DNA of 61,771 nt from Stylophora pistillata (lineage: Eukaryota), in NCBI RefSeq assembly GCF_002571385.2, contig NW_019217829.1, positions 787,232 through 849,002 on the forward strand. The letters are read 5' to 3'. Below, piece after piece: positions 11,951 through 25,849 of the stretch. The position numbers and the translations under genes were made by a program. The notes under the pieces were generated by a model. The model saw nothing but the letters and a program-made list of their open reading frames with translations, did no database searches and was not told the DNA's origin. Each line of letters begins with the position of its first letter. The first letter of the stretch is position 1.

Positions 11951-13588
11951 TATATTTCAGGCTCATTGCTTATTTCAAAACGTAGCTATATTTTACATTT
12001 TTCTGTAGGCTAAGTAATCAGTCAGCCCAGGTAGAAAGATCAACTTGAGTGATAGACAGGGTAATTACATTTTCTCATCTTGTATCAGAAAGATTGCACA
12101 TTCCATATTTGTGTCATGGTTTAGCTAACAACCTCAAGTTAACTATCAAAGCGTTGGAAGCGAAGTAAAACTGACCTAGGCCAGCCAGGGAGAACAATCA
12201 AGTACAATTTGACCCGAATGAATATAAATAGCTACCTCCAATTATTTCATTTATTTTTTTTCTTCCTTCGAAACATAAAAATTGGCTCACCCACCGTGTT
12301 GAGTGCTATGTGTCATCAATGCGTGCGGGACGATTAAGTGAAAGATATGACTTACTGGTCGACCAATCATGGCGCACATTGGTACACAGAATGTTCGATG
12401 ATTGATCAAAGATATTTCGTGAAGACCAAGCCATTTTCCCCGCTGCCGGAATCGAGTGTCACAAATTCAAATCTCTGCCGAACCCTCCACTTTCTCCTTA
12501 TCAACGCAAATTCGTTACGGTGGGTCTTTTAATCGACGGAATTATCGCGTTATTTTTCACCGCTGGAGACGAACAAAACACTTTATTTAGACTGTTTTGC
12601 CTGACAGGAGTAAAATGGCGAGAAAGTGCACCAAAGCCTCTTTGAAATGCCATATTTTAACAGTATAATGATTATCAAGTTTACGGGGAATAATGAGATC
12701 ACTGGTAATCGAATTTTAGATTTTTAATGCACAGCTGATTGACAATTTCATTGATCTTCCACCAGTGGAGCTACGTCTCGCAAACAAAGCTAGCTATTTC
12801 TTTGGGAGAAAAATGATTCAATCCGTGACCAGAGAAAACAAAAACAACAACAAAAACCAACTCTGTGATCAAGTAGTTGTTATTTACGATTGATTCGTAT
12901 CTGCAAGTATAAAAGGAGGAGTTCATCTTCTCAGCATTCGCAATGGATCATGGGATATATAGATTCACCTTTATTCAGCTCGAAGGAGTGGCTCTCGCAA
13001 GCTTAAAAGACTTATTAGGAGTGAATGATCTTTTTAAACAAAAAAGTAATGATAAAACTTGATTATTTTACACCCCTCCCTGCTAGATCCATTTTTTTTT
13101 TGGTCAACAAGAAATTTATCTAGCAGCTCCTTTAATTTTATGAGATACGAGGCTGGTGGTCGAATATCTGAACTTGGACTGAAAAGAGATAAGCGACTTC
13201 TGTGTGGAATTCGGTCTTGACCTCTCATATTAATTAATCTTATTTTTCCCCGCAATATGGGTTATAATCTTTTAGCTAAGTATCTCTAATTCGGCTCAAC
13301 ATTGTATGGATGTTTTTGGGTAAGCACTGGTATTTCCTTACTGAGCTTGCGTTTTCAAATTAGGGTCTGACAAAAAAAAATTTAACCCCTAGATGATGTG
13401 ACGTCGTGACTTTGGCACAGATTCTTCTTTTGAATGTCACTTCTTTTTTTTTTTTTTTTTCGCTGCTATGACACAGTCAGCCAGATTAGTAGGGGTTTGT
13501 GTATAGGATTTGCAATTACTTTTGTAGTGGGAGAACCTGGTTCCGTCAGTCGTAATACCCCTTTATCAATATTTTCTCTGCAATGAAT

Positions 13589-14551
13589 AGGGTCTCGAGG
13601 GGGTAACTGTCAACTGTCAGTCAAAAAATTAACCGCTGATCGTAAAATTGCAAGGTTTTTATCGTTAAGCGTCAAGCGTCAATGAATCTAACCAAAATTA
13701 GCCCTCAAATCTCGCCGGTAGAGCATTTGCTGATTAAAATTTGAAATGGAGCCAAGGTAAGCTGTATTAGGAGCCATAATCAGGGATTGTGGCTCCTGAT
13801 CATTAAATCGGCTTAGGTTTACACAAAATACATCCATGTACAGGTACTTTAATTCGCATCTACGGCCGAATAAGAACTGACCTTCTACTTAAAACCCTTC
13901 CTGTGTCGTAAACCTCTAGTGGTAAAGCCTTAGTTTGTCAGTTGTATTTATAAATAAACTTCCTTCGCTGTTGAGTAAGCGAGTTAAAAAAAAAGTAACG
14001 ATTCCTTTTTTAAAATGTTATGATTTTGTTGTTTCTGTTGTTGTTGTTGTTATTGTTTTTTTTCTTTTTTTCTTTTTTTCACAAAGCTGAATTAGTGAGC
14101 AGTATCACAAATTTGAATGACAAAAGAAAATCAATTCCCAGACACATTTCGTCTGATTAACAAAGACCTGTCCACGAGAGTTTTCCCATGCGGCAGCTTA
14201 TGTAAGTATGAATGCCCAAGAGCTAAACGAACTACATTTCGTGAACATCGCCCATGTGAAAGCGGCTAATTCCACGTAGGAACCAAGCAAAACAAATGTT
14301 CAAAAAGTATTTTCGGGTAACGGTTTTACGAACGATATTTCTTTTATTTCTATGGAATTTTTTTTATATATTCTCCAAATTGTAAGTTTAAACAATACAA
14401 AAATTAAATTTGTGATCTATCCCTCGTGTTTACTTGTTTTTCTGGTACATAACCATTAACTGTAAAGTGGCCTAAAATTTAACCTTGTATAGTCAAAACA
14501 GCGTTTTTCTGACGGTCAGCTGCTAAAGATGCTTCCTTACTGAGAATCTCT
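13589..14551. mobile_element. Degenerate ~960-bp non-autonomous DNA transposon
   Basis: Imperfect termini AGGGTCTC.../...GAGAATCTCT, with subterminal TAAC(C/T)GT(C/A)A-like repeats at both ends. Confidence 0.35.
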
Positions 14552-17500
14552 TGAAGTTCGACACGAAAAGTTTATTAAACCTAAGCTTTAGAAAGGAAAA
14601 CGAGGATTCCTCGCCATTGCAAGAAGTATTGCTGAACAGTTTCTCAGATTCTTATCAATATTCGGAGGAAAACCTGTGTCATCAGTAGTGATGTAGTTTA
14701 TCTTTAGTGCTAATTAATGTTTGTCAATTAGTTCCAAATGAATGTCAAACATTGACTCACTCAAAAAAGAGGAAAATGTGAACCAGGACTAGATCTGGGG
14801 GTTGAAATTATAATATACACTTAAGTTCATCGTTTACTCCTGAGAAAAAGAGCTCTTTTGTTTGCCACAGGTGCTGTTGTGTAATTTCTTTTCATCGGTG
14901 AAGAGAACGATTTTGTTATCGCTCATGCAAAAGGGATAAATACTTACGTGTTCAATGTGACGCCGAACATCGACTGATTAGAAAATAAGTAGAGGATTAG
15001 GATATAATGGGTGCAAATAAGTGGGTCTTACTGTCTTATCAGTCCACTTGTCCTTATTTCACCTTATTTTCCTTACATACTGCTTTTTCCTATCAATCGT
15101 TGGGAGCCGAGCAGAATTTTTTTTTTTTATGCTTTTAGAGCAAACTTTAATCCTCTCATCTTACGTCTCCTATCAAAACAAAAAAATCTAACAATCTTCT
15201 TTAAGCTGAATTAAACCCGGTTATTGCTCTAAAGTGTGACCAACCCATTCGATTCCGGAATGTAACAACCTCTCCAAGTGTCTGTGTTTTTTTGAAGCGT
15301 TCTTGAGGTGTCAACAGAAACTTATAAAGTATCGAACGGTACAGGTACCTTCAGGCTCGCTTTGGGTGAAGCGAAAGCCAAATGAAACGAAAGGCAACAA
15401 AACCGAATCAAGCTGGAAGACGATATTAACACTGATTGTTACAGCAGTCAAGCGAAAAAATGTTCTTCACGTCTCGAACATCACATTCTCATATCTGTCT
15501 TTGTGCACAGCATTTTTCCGCATCTCTCGCCATGATTTCCATGTCTGCCACTGTCGCAAAATCCCGTCATGCATCTCGCACTTCTTCACCTTCCTTTCAT
15601 CGCTACATCGTTCTCGTCCCAAGTCACCCATCTCACACTGCCACGCTATGTCCACCAATTCTCATGCGTTACTGCCATCCTCAATTCACATATCCACGTC
15701 TACTATCTCATGCACATCTCGACTAGTTTCCGCACGTTTCGCAGCATGATTCCCTTCCTCCGTAATAAACGATTCACCAGCCTCGTACCTCCATACACAC
15801 ACTCTTACTGACCCTCTTGGAATGAGACCGTCAGAAAAAGTTTCAGCCAAGTTATTTCGATGAACCCTTCGTAAACTGTTGTCAAGCGACGCACTATTGT
15901 CTCGTGCCTAAATCTCACCAAAGCGGAAAGAGAAAAGAAGTGTGATCAAGAGTTAAGATTCTGAATAAGAAGGCTTTCGCTGTCGGACATCCTACTATTG
16001 AAACATCTACCTATAAGTTAGAGGGGAATTTTGTAATTCATGTCAGCGAAAAGTGGCGAGTACCACTTTAATCATTTTTTATCATATTAAGTACAGTACC
16101 GAATTATATGTATCTTTAATAGACAAAAACAAAATACTGCGCTTTCGTTGTGGGAACGCAGCGAACTTGATCTTCGTTTAAGACCGTGATAGGGCATCAG
16201 TACAGCTATGGCCACTACCCTTAAGAGCCTTAAATTATGATCGAGTGAAAAATGACGTTTGTTAATCGACTTTCCCGTGACTCGAGCGCAGTTGGTACTC
16301 CCCAGACTTATTGACTACAAAACTATAATTAAATGACAAAGCTTACATTCTTTTGCGATCAAAGCTCAAGGAGGGCTAATTTTTTTTCTGTCATGCTAAG
16401 TGCTTAGGTAGATATAACATCAGGTACTCCTAATGTTAAGAACAATTATATTTTCATTCTGTTTTGGAACTAACACTCGGGTTCATTCCACCATAGGCGT
16501 CTTTCGGAGAAGTCGAAGAAAACGTTGGTGGACAAAAAGGAAGATCTTTGGATACAGAAGAACTCAGCACTAAAAAAATTTATCTTCAAAAGGTCAGTTA
16601 TATACTCGTTACAGAAGAGCCAATTAATTGTAAATAGATTTAGAAAGCCACCGGTACCATGTTTATAACAAACGCGAAGGGCACGATTAACCCCCGTTTT
16701 CGCTTACTTTTCCTTCAGTTCTGTTTCGACGCAACAGAAAAGTACAGAATTCTCTTCTATTCATAGAGAATAGAAAATTGTTCACAGTCTCGATTAAACA
16801 GCTGTAAAGAAGAGAGCATAAATCTATTTCCTTCCTCCTTTTCTATTCGGGAAAACCTTGCTCTAAATCTAAATGATTGGTGTCGGATATTATGGAACTT
16901 GGTCAGCAAATGTTTGGCAGACAGTTGCCTCTCAATAAATTTAATTCCTGAGTTATTATTGCCTGGTTATCAGATATCCAGAGTTTACGAGAGTTCATGA
17001 AAAGTTAGTACAGTCTTGTTCTTATTTCTGGTACATCGTAAACAGAACAATTGAATAAGAGCCAACACGAAGAGGCTTATTTAATTTCTTGGGCGAGGGC
17101 TGTATTCATTTATGAATTCCATCATTTGTTGATCTTTCTCGATATCAGCGGTACTTTCTGACCGCAAACCCCTCATTTAATTCACGTACGTGGATCAAGC
17201 CTAAAAAACTCTCGAAAACGCGTGCCAATAAATTTTTGGCTCGTATCTGATGAGTCAGACAAGAGTTAAAGCTCTTGACAGCTGCGACAGCTATTCGCCA
17301 TATTCGCTGTTAGCTCAAGGCGGAACCAGCGTTGCCAACTCTTTTGGCGATCTTATTTCGATTTCAAACACAAATCTCTAGAGATTTTTTGTTTTCAACT
17401 TCACTGACTTTGGCAAATTTTTGCATGTATCGTGTCAGAGACGCCTTGTGGCAGCATAATCCAACTTTTGATTTTGCCGTTTTAATTAATGTTTATTTAA

Positions 17501-20500
17501 TTCTCGGAGTATGCGAATTAGGTCTGCGGCAAGGATTTCTGTCTTATTAAACATCTCTAAGTCGGTATTCATCTCGACAGCTGTTGAAAAGCTGTGGAAA
17601 AGCAGAGAGTTTTTTGCTAACACCTGAATGAATTTCATGTTTATAATGCGAGCATGACTTAATGCAAAGAAAACAAAATCCAGACGACGAAAGAAAGCTA
17701 ACATTAGTTTGACCATCGTGTTTTTCTACCAATCAACAAATTCGTAAGGACTTGCAAACTTTAACCAATGCGGGTGTTCTTAAAGGTTCTTCAAGAAATA
17801 AAAGATAAAGTTACCAAGAAAGAGTTAAATATAGTGAAACCTTTGCTCGCAAGAAATAAATATCGTTGCGCGAATTATTGACACTTCTAAAGTTCCAAAT
17901 CACGTGACCCGACTAGACGTCAAATAAATGTCTATCGGTGTTTTATTTTGTGATTTGTTTCGTCCTACATCGAACAACGAAACAACTTTCATTTTTAAGA
18001 TTGGATCCGCCTCTCATAAATATTTCATTTACAAACTGAACTTTCTACCTTAAACCTTTCAACGGTTTTAATGATCAGCCAAAATCATGTGATGTGCCTA
18101 TTTCTAAACTATGACTGAAATAGCATGCCTCAAGAGATGGGAGGATTTCGGTTGTTGAAAGGGACAACGACGGTCATTTTTTTAGGGCCACCAAAGCGTA
18201 GGTTTGATATTCCGGCAATCAACGTTTCAACAATTGATAAATAGAAGCCGGATTTTCATCGATCACAAGCGAGCATAGTTTGCGTTCACAGACAATTCCC
18301 GCTATTTGAAGCGATTATGATTTCTTTTTGGCGGATGATCGTTGGCCCTTAAAGCGGCTGACAATTTGTTTCTCGTAGGAAAAGCCCCTCGAGTCTCATC
18401 AATGGTCTGAAAAAGCTTTGTCAGTACTCCAGTTACTTATAGAAAAAATATCGGATTCGTGGTTAATGACATCAAGAATGTCTGGTGTGAAAGATAATGG
18501 GCATACATACGTCAACAATGGTAGTAGAGTTTAAAGCACATTAGCCTCAAGACTCCCTGCACTGTCTGGACTTAATGACGCCACAATTCCAAGGCTAAAA
18601 TATCAAGTATTTTTATCCCCCCTCCTCTGGACAGATACTTCAGATCGTTTAACTGGCCTCAGAAAACAAAATAATTGGATCGTTTATTCTTGATGTCGTC
18701 AATCATTTAACCTAAGCTCCCTTTTAGTCCAGAATATACGCGTCGCTTAGCAACAAGCGCTGAGACTGTGTACCCGAGCAGCTTTTACAGACAGCTTCCG
18801 ACAGACTTAATATTAATACAATTATGTCACAGTCATGCAAAAGAGTTTTCAGAGTATCTCAAATTTAGCAAAAGGCTCTAACAATTAGCAGGACTGCAGG
18901 CAAAAAGGAAGCACAGGGCTAGATCAGTAAGTATTATATTAATTTTCCTAAGTCTTTTAATGCTTTCTAAGCAGGTTTAGTTCGTTGCAAACCAAGGAAT
19001 CTAACCGTAGAAAAGAGCCCAAAACGGTGGCTGAAATTTGACTGACGTATTCGTTCGGACAGTGTCGCCTTTACAGGAGGTTGCATAGGTCTATGTGGTT
19101 TGAGCTCGGCTGATTAATTTACACTTTTAATGTGTTTCCCCTTTAAGTCTCCTAACAAAAGAAAAAGTTTAAAAAAAATCGTGAACAATCGCAAAAGCTG
19201 CCAATCCCTCCAACCCAGACTTATCTCAGTCATTTCTTTTGTTGTAAAGAAGCTGACATAAAAAAAAAAGCTTCCTTTGAACGAATGTACGTATCAACAA
19301 CGCAGCTTTGGAGAAAAAAAATTGTCCCACCCAGTTAGAGGTAAAGGATATATTTGCAGCATTAAACTGATGAGGCCCGCAACTCTGGCGACTTCGCTGA
19401 ATCTTCGAAACACTTAACTCTTGACACAGAGTGAGAATTTAAGAGACTTGTGTTCTTCACAGTTCACGAGGCATCCTCTTAAAGTATCATATGTTCGATG
19501 CAAATTTTCGCACGCATAGTGCCTGGGTGTCAATGATGTTCCTTGAACTTGTCCTTTTAAAATTTCATTGACTCTGAGCAAAAGACGAAATCACTTTTGC
19601 TTTTAACTGTTTTTTTTTTTTTTTGTTATCTGTTTTGCCTCCAGACTTAATTGGAAAGAGAAAACGATTCCTTGTGATATTTTAAATTATTTTCTCAGAC
19701 CCCTTTGTTAAAAAAAAAACAAAACAAAACAAAAACTACTGCTACAATGTGCAGATCATCTAACAAACAAAATTTGTATCATTTTTTGTTTGCCCGGGGA
19801 GCTTTGAGCTTGTTTATTTAAAGCGGGAAAGTCAAAATCACAAAGAAAATCGTTAGCTGCATTTTTTCGGTAATTCAATATTAGACGAGGTTTAAAAAAC
19901 AATCGCCTTGCACTATGGATAATTTTACAAAGTGCTACCACGGCCTGAGCCTATAAAAGATCGTTGCTTGGATATCGATCAGACATGCTAGCAGAAAAAT
20001 AAGTTTCAATAAAAAAAAATTCAAAACAAATATGGCCAAGAGGAAACGAAAAAATGGTTTAGACAAACCAGCTCCACCCACGATCCGGCTTACGAAGTTC
20101 TTACAAATGCATTGTCGGGCCGCCATTTCCAGCAACACGACACGTCGAGAATTTAGAGCGAACGCCAAGTGCTTACACCACAATCCCGGCAGGCGGCATG
20201 GTTGTCAAAATCCCGTGATATCGTAAGCTGTGTGGCTACCCACACTCGGCCCGGATGAAATTTCTGTCCCAAAAAAACTCGACCCGTTCACATTTTGAAT
20301 TTCTTTCTTTAGACTGGTTCACTGGGGAGAGATATTTTTTCACCAAAATTAAGCCAAAAAGAAATGAAAAGGCAATGCCTTTTGAAATAACTACGTTTTT
20401 GTTAATCTCTTAGAAGTTAATCTGACATATATCTCTCAAGATGTGACGACCTGGGTTTTTTTATGGTGTCAACAGCCCATTGGATGTGTTATTTCGAGGC

Positions 20501-23500
20501 ACTGTTAAAGAAAAATTATGCTCGCTGTACTGTGCTAAAAGACAAAATTTTCTCACCCCAATATTCCTTTTTCATGTTCGACCTAAGTTCAGTCCATTTT
20601 ACTCTGTGTCCTTCAGTTTAACAGCATTTTCTAACTCCAGGAAAGAATTAAAGAACTGGCAGATTTGCCACGCTCTTTGGCCTGATGTGTTCTCTGATGT
20701 TGCCCTTTTATGAGCACGTCAAATCTAGAATAAACTAGAATCTAAGTAAGATAAGATGGGAATTGTTCAATCGTTGCTTACTTAACAGATAGCGCGAGGA
20801 TTCGCGTCTCAATTCTTGGCCGGCGTAGAAAAACAAACAAAGAATCAAACAGACAAAAAAAAAATTACTTGAATTACACCACTGTGCTCCCTCGCCTTTG
20901 TATGCGGTTTAATACTTTGAATGACGTTGTTGCGAGTTCTTTGTCCGTCGAATTTTTCAATCATACCACAGGAGTAAGGTTACTTAGGACTCACTGCACC
21001 ATATAACATTAGTATTGTGCAAAGAATGTTAAGATTTTGAACGATGCTTAGGGCTGAAGGCAACATATAATTTTTAGTTTAGACGTGTGGAGACGATTAT
21101 TGTTATTCACATTCTTTTACATTGTTTGAGCGTTTTCTCAGACGAAAGAAAGTAATCCAGAAGAAAACAGAAAAAATTTGGACAAGTTTTACCTGAAATC
21201 TCATGTAGTAAGTTTCAATATTTTGCAACGAGCTATCATGATTTTGATACCGCTTAAGACAACTCTTGACTGAAAATATACCTCAACGGACTATCTACTG
21301 ACAATGACAGAAAAAAGTGCTCACGACAATGAAGTCCATGTTTCGCCCAAAAAAACTGAGAATTTCTCAATTGAAGGCTCCCTCTCTCAATTCCAATAAA
21401 GGTGCCGAGGTGCCACGGAAGGTCAAAGCTATTCTATTCAAAGTCTAGCCTGTAAAAGTACTTATTATCATTTCCGTTCATCAGGTTTTATGTTTAAACA
21501 AGGTGTGTTTGGTATAGGGTCGAACACGGTCCAGGTGTTTTAAGTCAAGGATCTATTTACCTCTCTAAATTTCCTGATTAAAGTGGGTCAGACTATTGAG
21601 CTTTTGATAATGAGCGATATCGGTGTTGGGGTCGAAAGACTGTGGGTTTCTAATCGACTCAATTTATACTTTATGCCATTTTCATAAGAAAACCGGTGTG
21701 TCTGCTCCATTTTTTATTGCACTGATTTCAGATAAAATTACCTAAGAAAGTCTTTGTCTGATTGACATGCAAAATCCGACACAATTACTCGTGCTTGGTT
21801 TGAAACTGTTCATGACTGTTTTGTCACCAGTCTCCTCCAGTTAGCTCGGGTACCTTGACCCAACACTCCATGCCCCATGGGAAAAAACTTGTTGAAGATG
21901 ATCGATGAATGTTTATATAAAGGGGTCGGTAGATGCGATTGATACTTCCTGATCAAACTCTGTTGAAATGAGTTTCGTCCTTAAACGGAAAAAAGGTAAT
22001 TTATCATGCTTATGGCAGCCTTGATTGGATCAGGAAATTTAACAATGGTAAATTTGATTAAGCGATGTTATGTCTTTTTGCTTTAATGAACCCTTTCTAG
22101 AACTCAGATGAAGCTTTCATCATGTCTTTTAGCGGCAGTTTTTCTACATGAATTAAGTCACTTTGCGAAAAAAAGATGGAGAGACATTTCTTGTTCTCAC
22201 ATCACGAGGAGTGATATTGAAATTCACAGCTTATCATAGATATAGATGTGCTCCTTGCTAGAATTCTGCGTTTTTGGGGAGTTTGAGTTTGATGACTGAT
22301 GTAGCTTTTTTAGTCACAGTTTGATTAATTCCGTCCACAATTATTGGATCAGGAAATGACTCAATAAGATCACTTTAATTAAAATATGCTTTAAAAAACA
22401 GTAAATAACTTAAACCGTGATCTCTTCCTTCTGGCAACTTATCTCGATGTAATCCAAATAGAAACATACCTTACGGGTAGAACGTTGTCATGATTTATGC
22501 TTCAAATCAAACTATTCACGTATCGGAAAATCTCCCCGAGCAAACAGCTTCATTTGCTTCAATCTACGAGTGTGTGGATTGCACGGTGTTCTTATATCGT
22601 ACATGGCATTCGCGCAAAAGTAAAAGGTCTTATAACGTAAACAACGTTTACCCTTTGTTCAACAAAAGCCCGTCCTAGACAATCCTCAGTTTAGCTGAAT
22701 CTTTTATCTGTACGTTTATTTTTCTAAACTGTATCAAGAGTGACGACGAAAGCTAACAGTGCGGAAGGACATTTCTTTAGTTAAGTCAACTCTCTCAGAG
22801 AGAAAGCCTTAGGCTCACTGATTGCGTAAAACCGTGGTTTGGGTTAGACCTTGTATAAATAACCACCTGAAGGGTTAAAAAAAAAAAAAAGACTAAAAGA
22901 CGATTCGCCTTACTCAGGGGAGAAGACGACCTTTACATGTGGCTTTTCGAACAGATAATTTTTCCTATTTACCCTGGATTTATCTCATTCCAAAATGCCT
23001 GATCGAATGCAACTTTTAGCCACACTAAACGTAGATGCTAAAACGCCTTTTTTTGTTTTTACAATTTGAACACTATTCGCCTTTCTAATGGCCATTTTAC
23101 AGTGCACTCTTTGTGTCCTGCTGAGCTTGCGTGCTTTAAGACTAATGTGACAATTGGATGTAATTTAATGCATTCACTTACCTCCTGTGAAGTCTTGTCT
23201 AGAAGGAAAAATTACCGCACATGAACAACTCAGTTGTACTCTTTGTGAATCGTAATTGTTTTATGTGCAAATGTGATGAATTAGCAAACAAGAATTCCAA
23301 ACAAACCAGATTATACTTTCAAGTGATGTGTAGTGGCGCTAAACTATTCACGAGTACATGGCGAGGACGCACTCTTTATAATGACTGGCCTTGAGTTAAT
23401 AGAACGCTAAGTTTGGTTAGAACACTAAAAATGCATTCAAAAGTTGCAACATGTTTAGCGAAGAGAATGAGTTGCGCAGACGGCGCAAGAATCCGACATA

Positions 23501-24309
23501 TTGTATTTGCGGAGGGATTAACTAACGGAGGCTGGTTTTTTCAGCCTAATCTTGTTTTACCTGTCTCATTAGTGGTTAAGATTTATGATTACCACCACTT
23601 TTACTTTAGTCTTACATTGTGCAATAGGCTGTGACTAACTATATTTATTCATATTGAACCAAAGCAAAAAGTTAAAACTAAAGAGCTGAAGAGCTAGGAC
23701 TCGGGAACTTCTTGAAATAATTGTTTCCCAGGGTAGGCAAACATTCAAGAGATGACAACAAGCGAACTCGCAATTTTCTACCTCTTTCATCCCCTGTTCA
23801 TTAGTTTAAGGCAGAACGAGGTCATGTTTAATCGTGATCGTTTCATCAGTGCTATATGAACCCGTGTCGATAAAATTCATCAGTCGAACTGTAATATTTC
23901 TGACAAGCTCTAGATTAATTTCCTGTATCGAGATACTCGTACAGGCACCAGGTCATAGTGAAAAGCTCTGCACTAGTTTTCATTGCAAGTCTTAAAGACT
24001 AGAGGTAACATGGCACTCCGGGGCCAGTCCAAAGTCCCTGAGATTTAGCATAAATGTTCCAAAACTAACTGGCGCCAGATCTGAAATAGCAACAAAAGGG
24101 TTCAAACCAAGCACTAACTAAACTTAAAAGAGCATGTTTGTTTCATTATTGGGCTCCTGTCGCAAGGCTATGATCACTTTTTAGCTTCAAAGGTTAGTGT
24201 TAAGTTTTCCAACGCGCTTCGGCTCTTCGAGTCATAACCGATAGGAAAGATTCAAAGACTGTGAGTGTCAGCTCTGTCTAAGCACTTTCAAAGCCTGGCG
24301 CTTTTAGAA

Positions 24310-24507
24310 CACTGAAGTGCATTGGGATTTAGTGCATCCGAGTTGTGCACTTAGAATGCGTGGACAACAGCCACAGATCCAACCACAAATTACTACACGA
24401 GAAGTTTCAGAATCAAGTCTGACGCTTCTCTACCACTAAAGAGCATTGGGCTCTTGTGCATCTGTTGTGCACTTAGAATGCATCGACAATAGCCACAGAT
24501 CCAACCA
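24310..24507. repeat. Two-copy ~75-bp direct repeat (period ~123 bp)
   Basis: 24310-24385 and 24434-24507 share GCATTGGG...GTTGTGCACTTAGAATGC...AGCCACAGATCCAACCA. Confidence 0.9.
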
Positions 24508-25849
24508 AGTCCATATGAACTTGATGGCAAAGGAATAGAATCGAAAGACACCAATCCTTACCCTCTGCTCCCATTTCGCTAAGAATCAAGTTACATTCCA
24601 GGTTCCTTTAACAAAAGTCAATTTCAAATCCATTAAAAGATTGCAAAAGTTAGTCAGTAGGCTATTCATAAGACTGTGGGGATCTTCAAAGTCCACAATA
24701 TTATTGACGCTTCAGAAGTTACTGCTAATGCAACGTCAAAAATGATAATCCAAATCACTTATTGTATAGCGAAAGCCCTGAGGAAGATTCACTACTATGC
24801 CATAACAGCTTGAGCAGTCTGAGGCTGGACTCCTTTTAGCAACAGTGCTTCAGGAGTTTATTCTAGACGGTAGACAACATCAAGAACGGGTTTTGACAGC
24901 CAAGTGACCGATAGTTTGTGAAGTTTTATAGAAGAAAGTGAAAATTGAATGATCACATCTTGTGGAGGAAAGAAAAAAAGGGCTGCGACAGTTTGCAATA
25001 GGAGCCACAGAGAGTAAGCGAGAACATAAATGAAGACGTGGTAAGACCGACCTGGACGAAACAAAATGGAGAAGCAAGGTAGCCACAGCGACAAAGAAGA
25101 AAAGAGGAACCAGTAACATGCCCTCCAAGGACGTAGCTCCTGACAGAAGGAATCCAGTATATTAGCGCGGAGGCTTTTTAACGCTTACTGGAGCGAGACG
25201 ATCTGTCATGACTGAAGTTATATTAACATAACACTTGTAGGTTACTTCTCTCCGCACTATGTTAGCACGTACACGGTCGCATGCCAGGCCACATTTTGGG
25301 TGAATAGACTTGACAAATTCTTCATTCATCAGGTAAAAAAGCGGTCCATGGTTGCTAAGATTTTATATTCGTTGCCTTTCTGACAATGCTTAATATAGTG
25401 GATAGATCGAAAAAGAGTCAACAATCCACAAAGAGAGTGACCCAGATAGTTCCATTTACTCAAGTTAGGGTGAAATACCTCTAAACGTAAAGACGATTTG
25501 GCAATGTGAATATTATCCCACATGTTTTTTGAGTTGGAAAAAAGAAAGAGAGAAGTTGAGAGCGACGAATTAAACTAATCTATCAAACATACACAAGAGT
25601 CTACCAAACTGAGAACAACCAAAAGTTAAGTAGCCTTACATAACATTGCATAGCGAAAACTATGATAATGAATAGCACTCTAGCACGCAAGTTCTAAGTA
25701 TTTACAACTGACACCACAGTCTTATCACCTCCAACTTTCATTGCCAATGATGACGGAGGAATTTCAATATGGACCAGTATGCAAGAAGGTGTAACAGTAC
25801 AACGACTTTTAAGCAATTTACGTTACTACTAGTAAGATTGTTTTGAACA

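Noticed and set aside
15303-15811. Several overlapping ORFs (up to 148 aa, His/Ser-rich)
   Set aside because: Pyrimidine/CA-rich low-complexity DNA that is open in several frames, with no domain motif or convincing splice structure.
19360-19420. Second hammerhead candidate (CTGATGAGGCC...CGAAAC)
   Set aside because: No convincing stem II or helix I pairing. The same applies to CTGATGAGTC at ~17247.
24070-24090. Smad1/5 BMP-response element (GGCGCC) for autoregulation
   Set aside because: The GGCGCC sites I inspected (~24072, ~42109, ~43169) lack the GTCT spaced 5 nt away, and a lone 6-mer is expected by chance.
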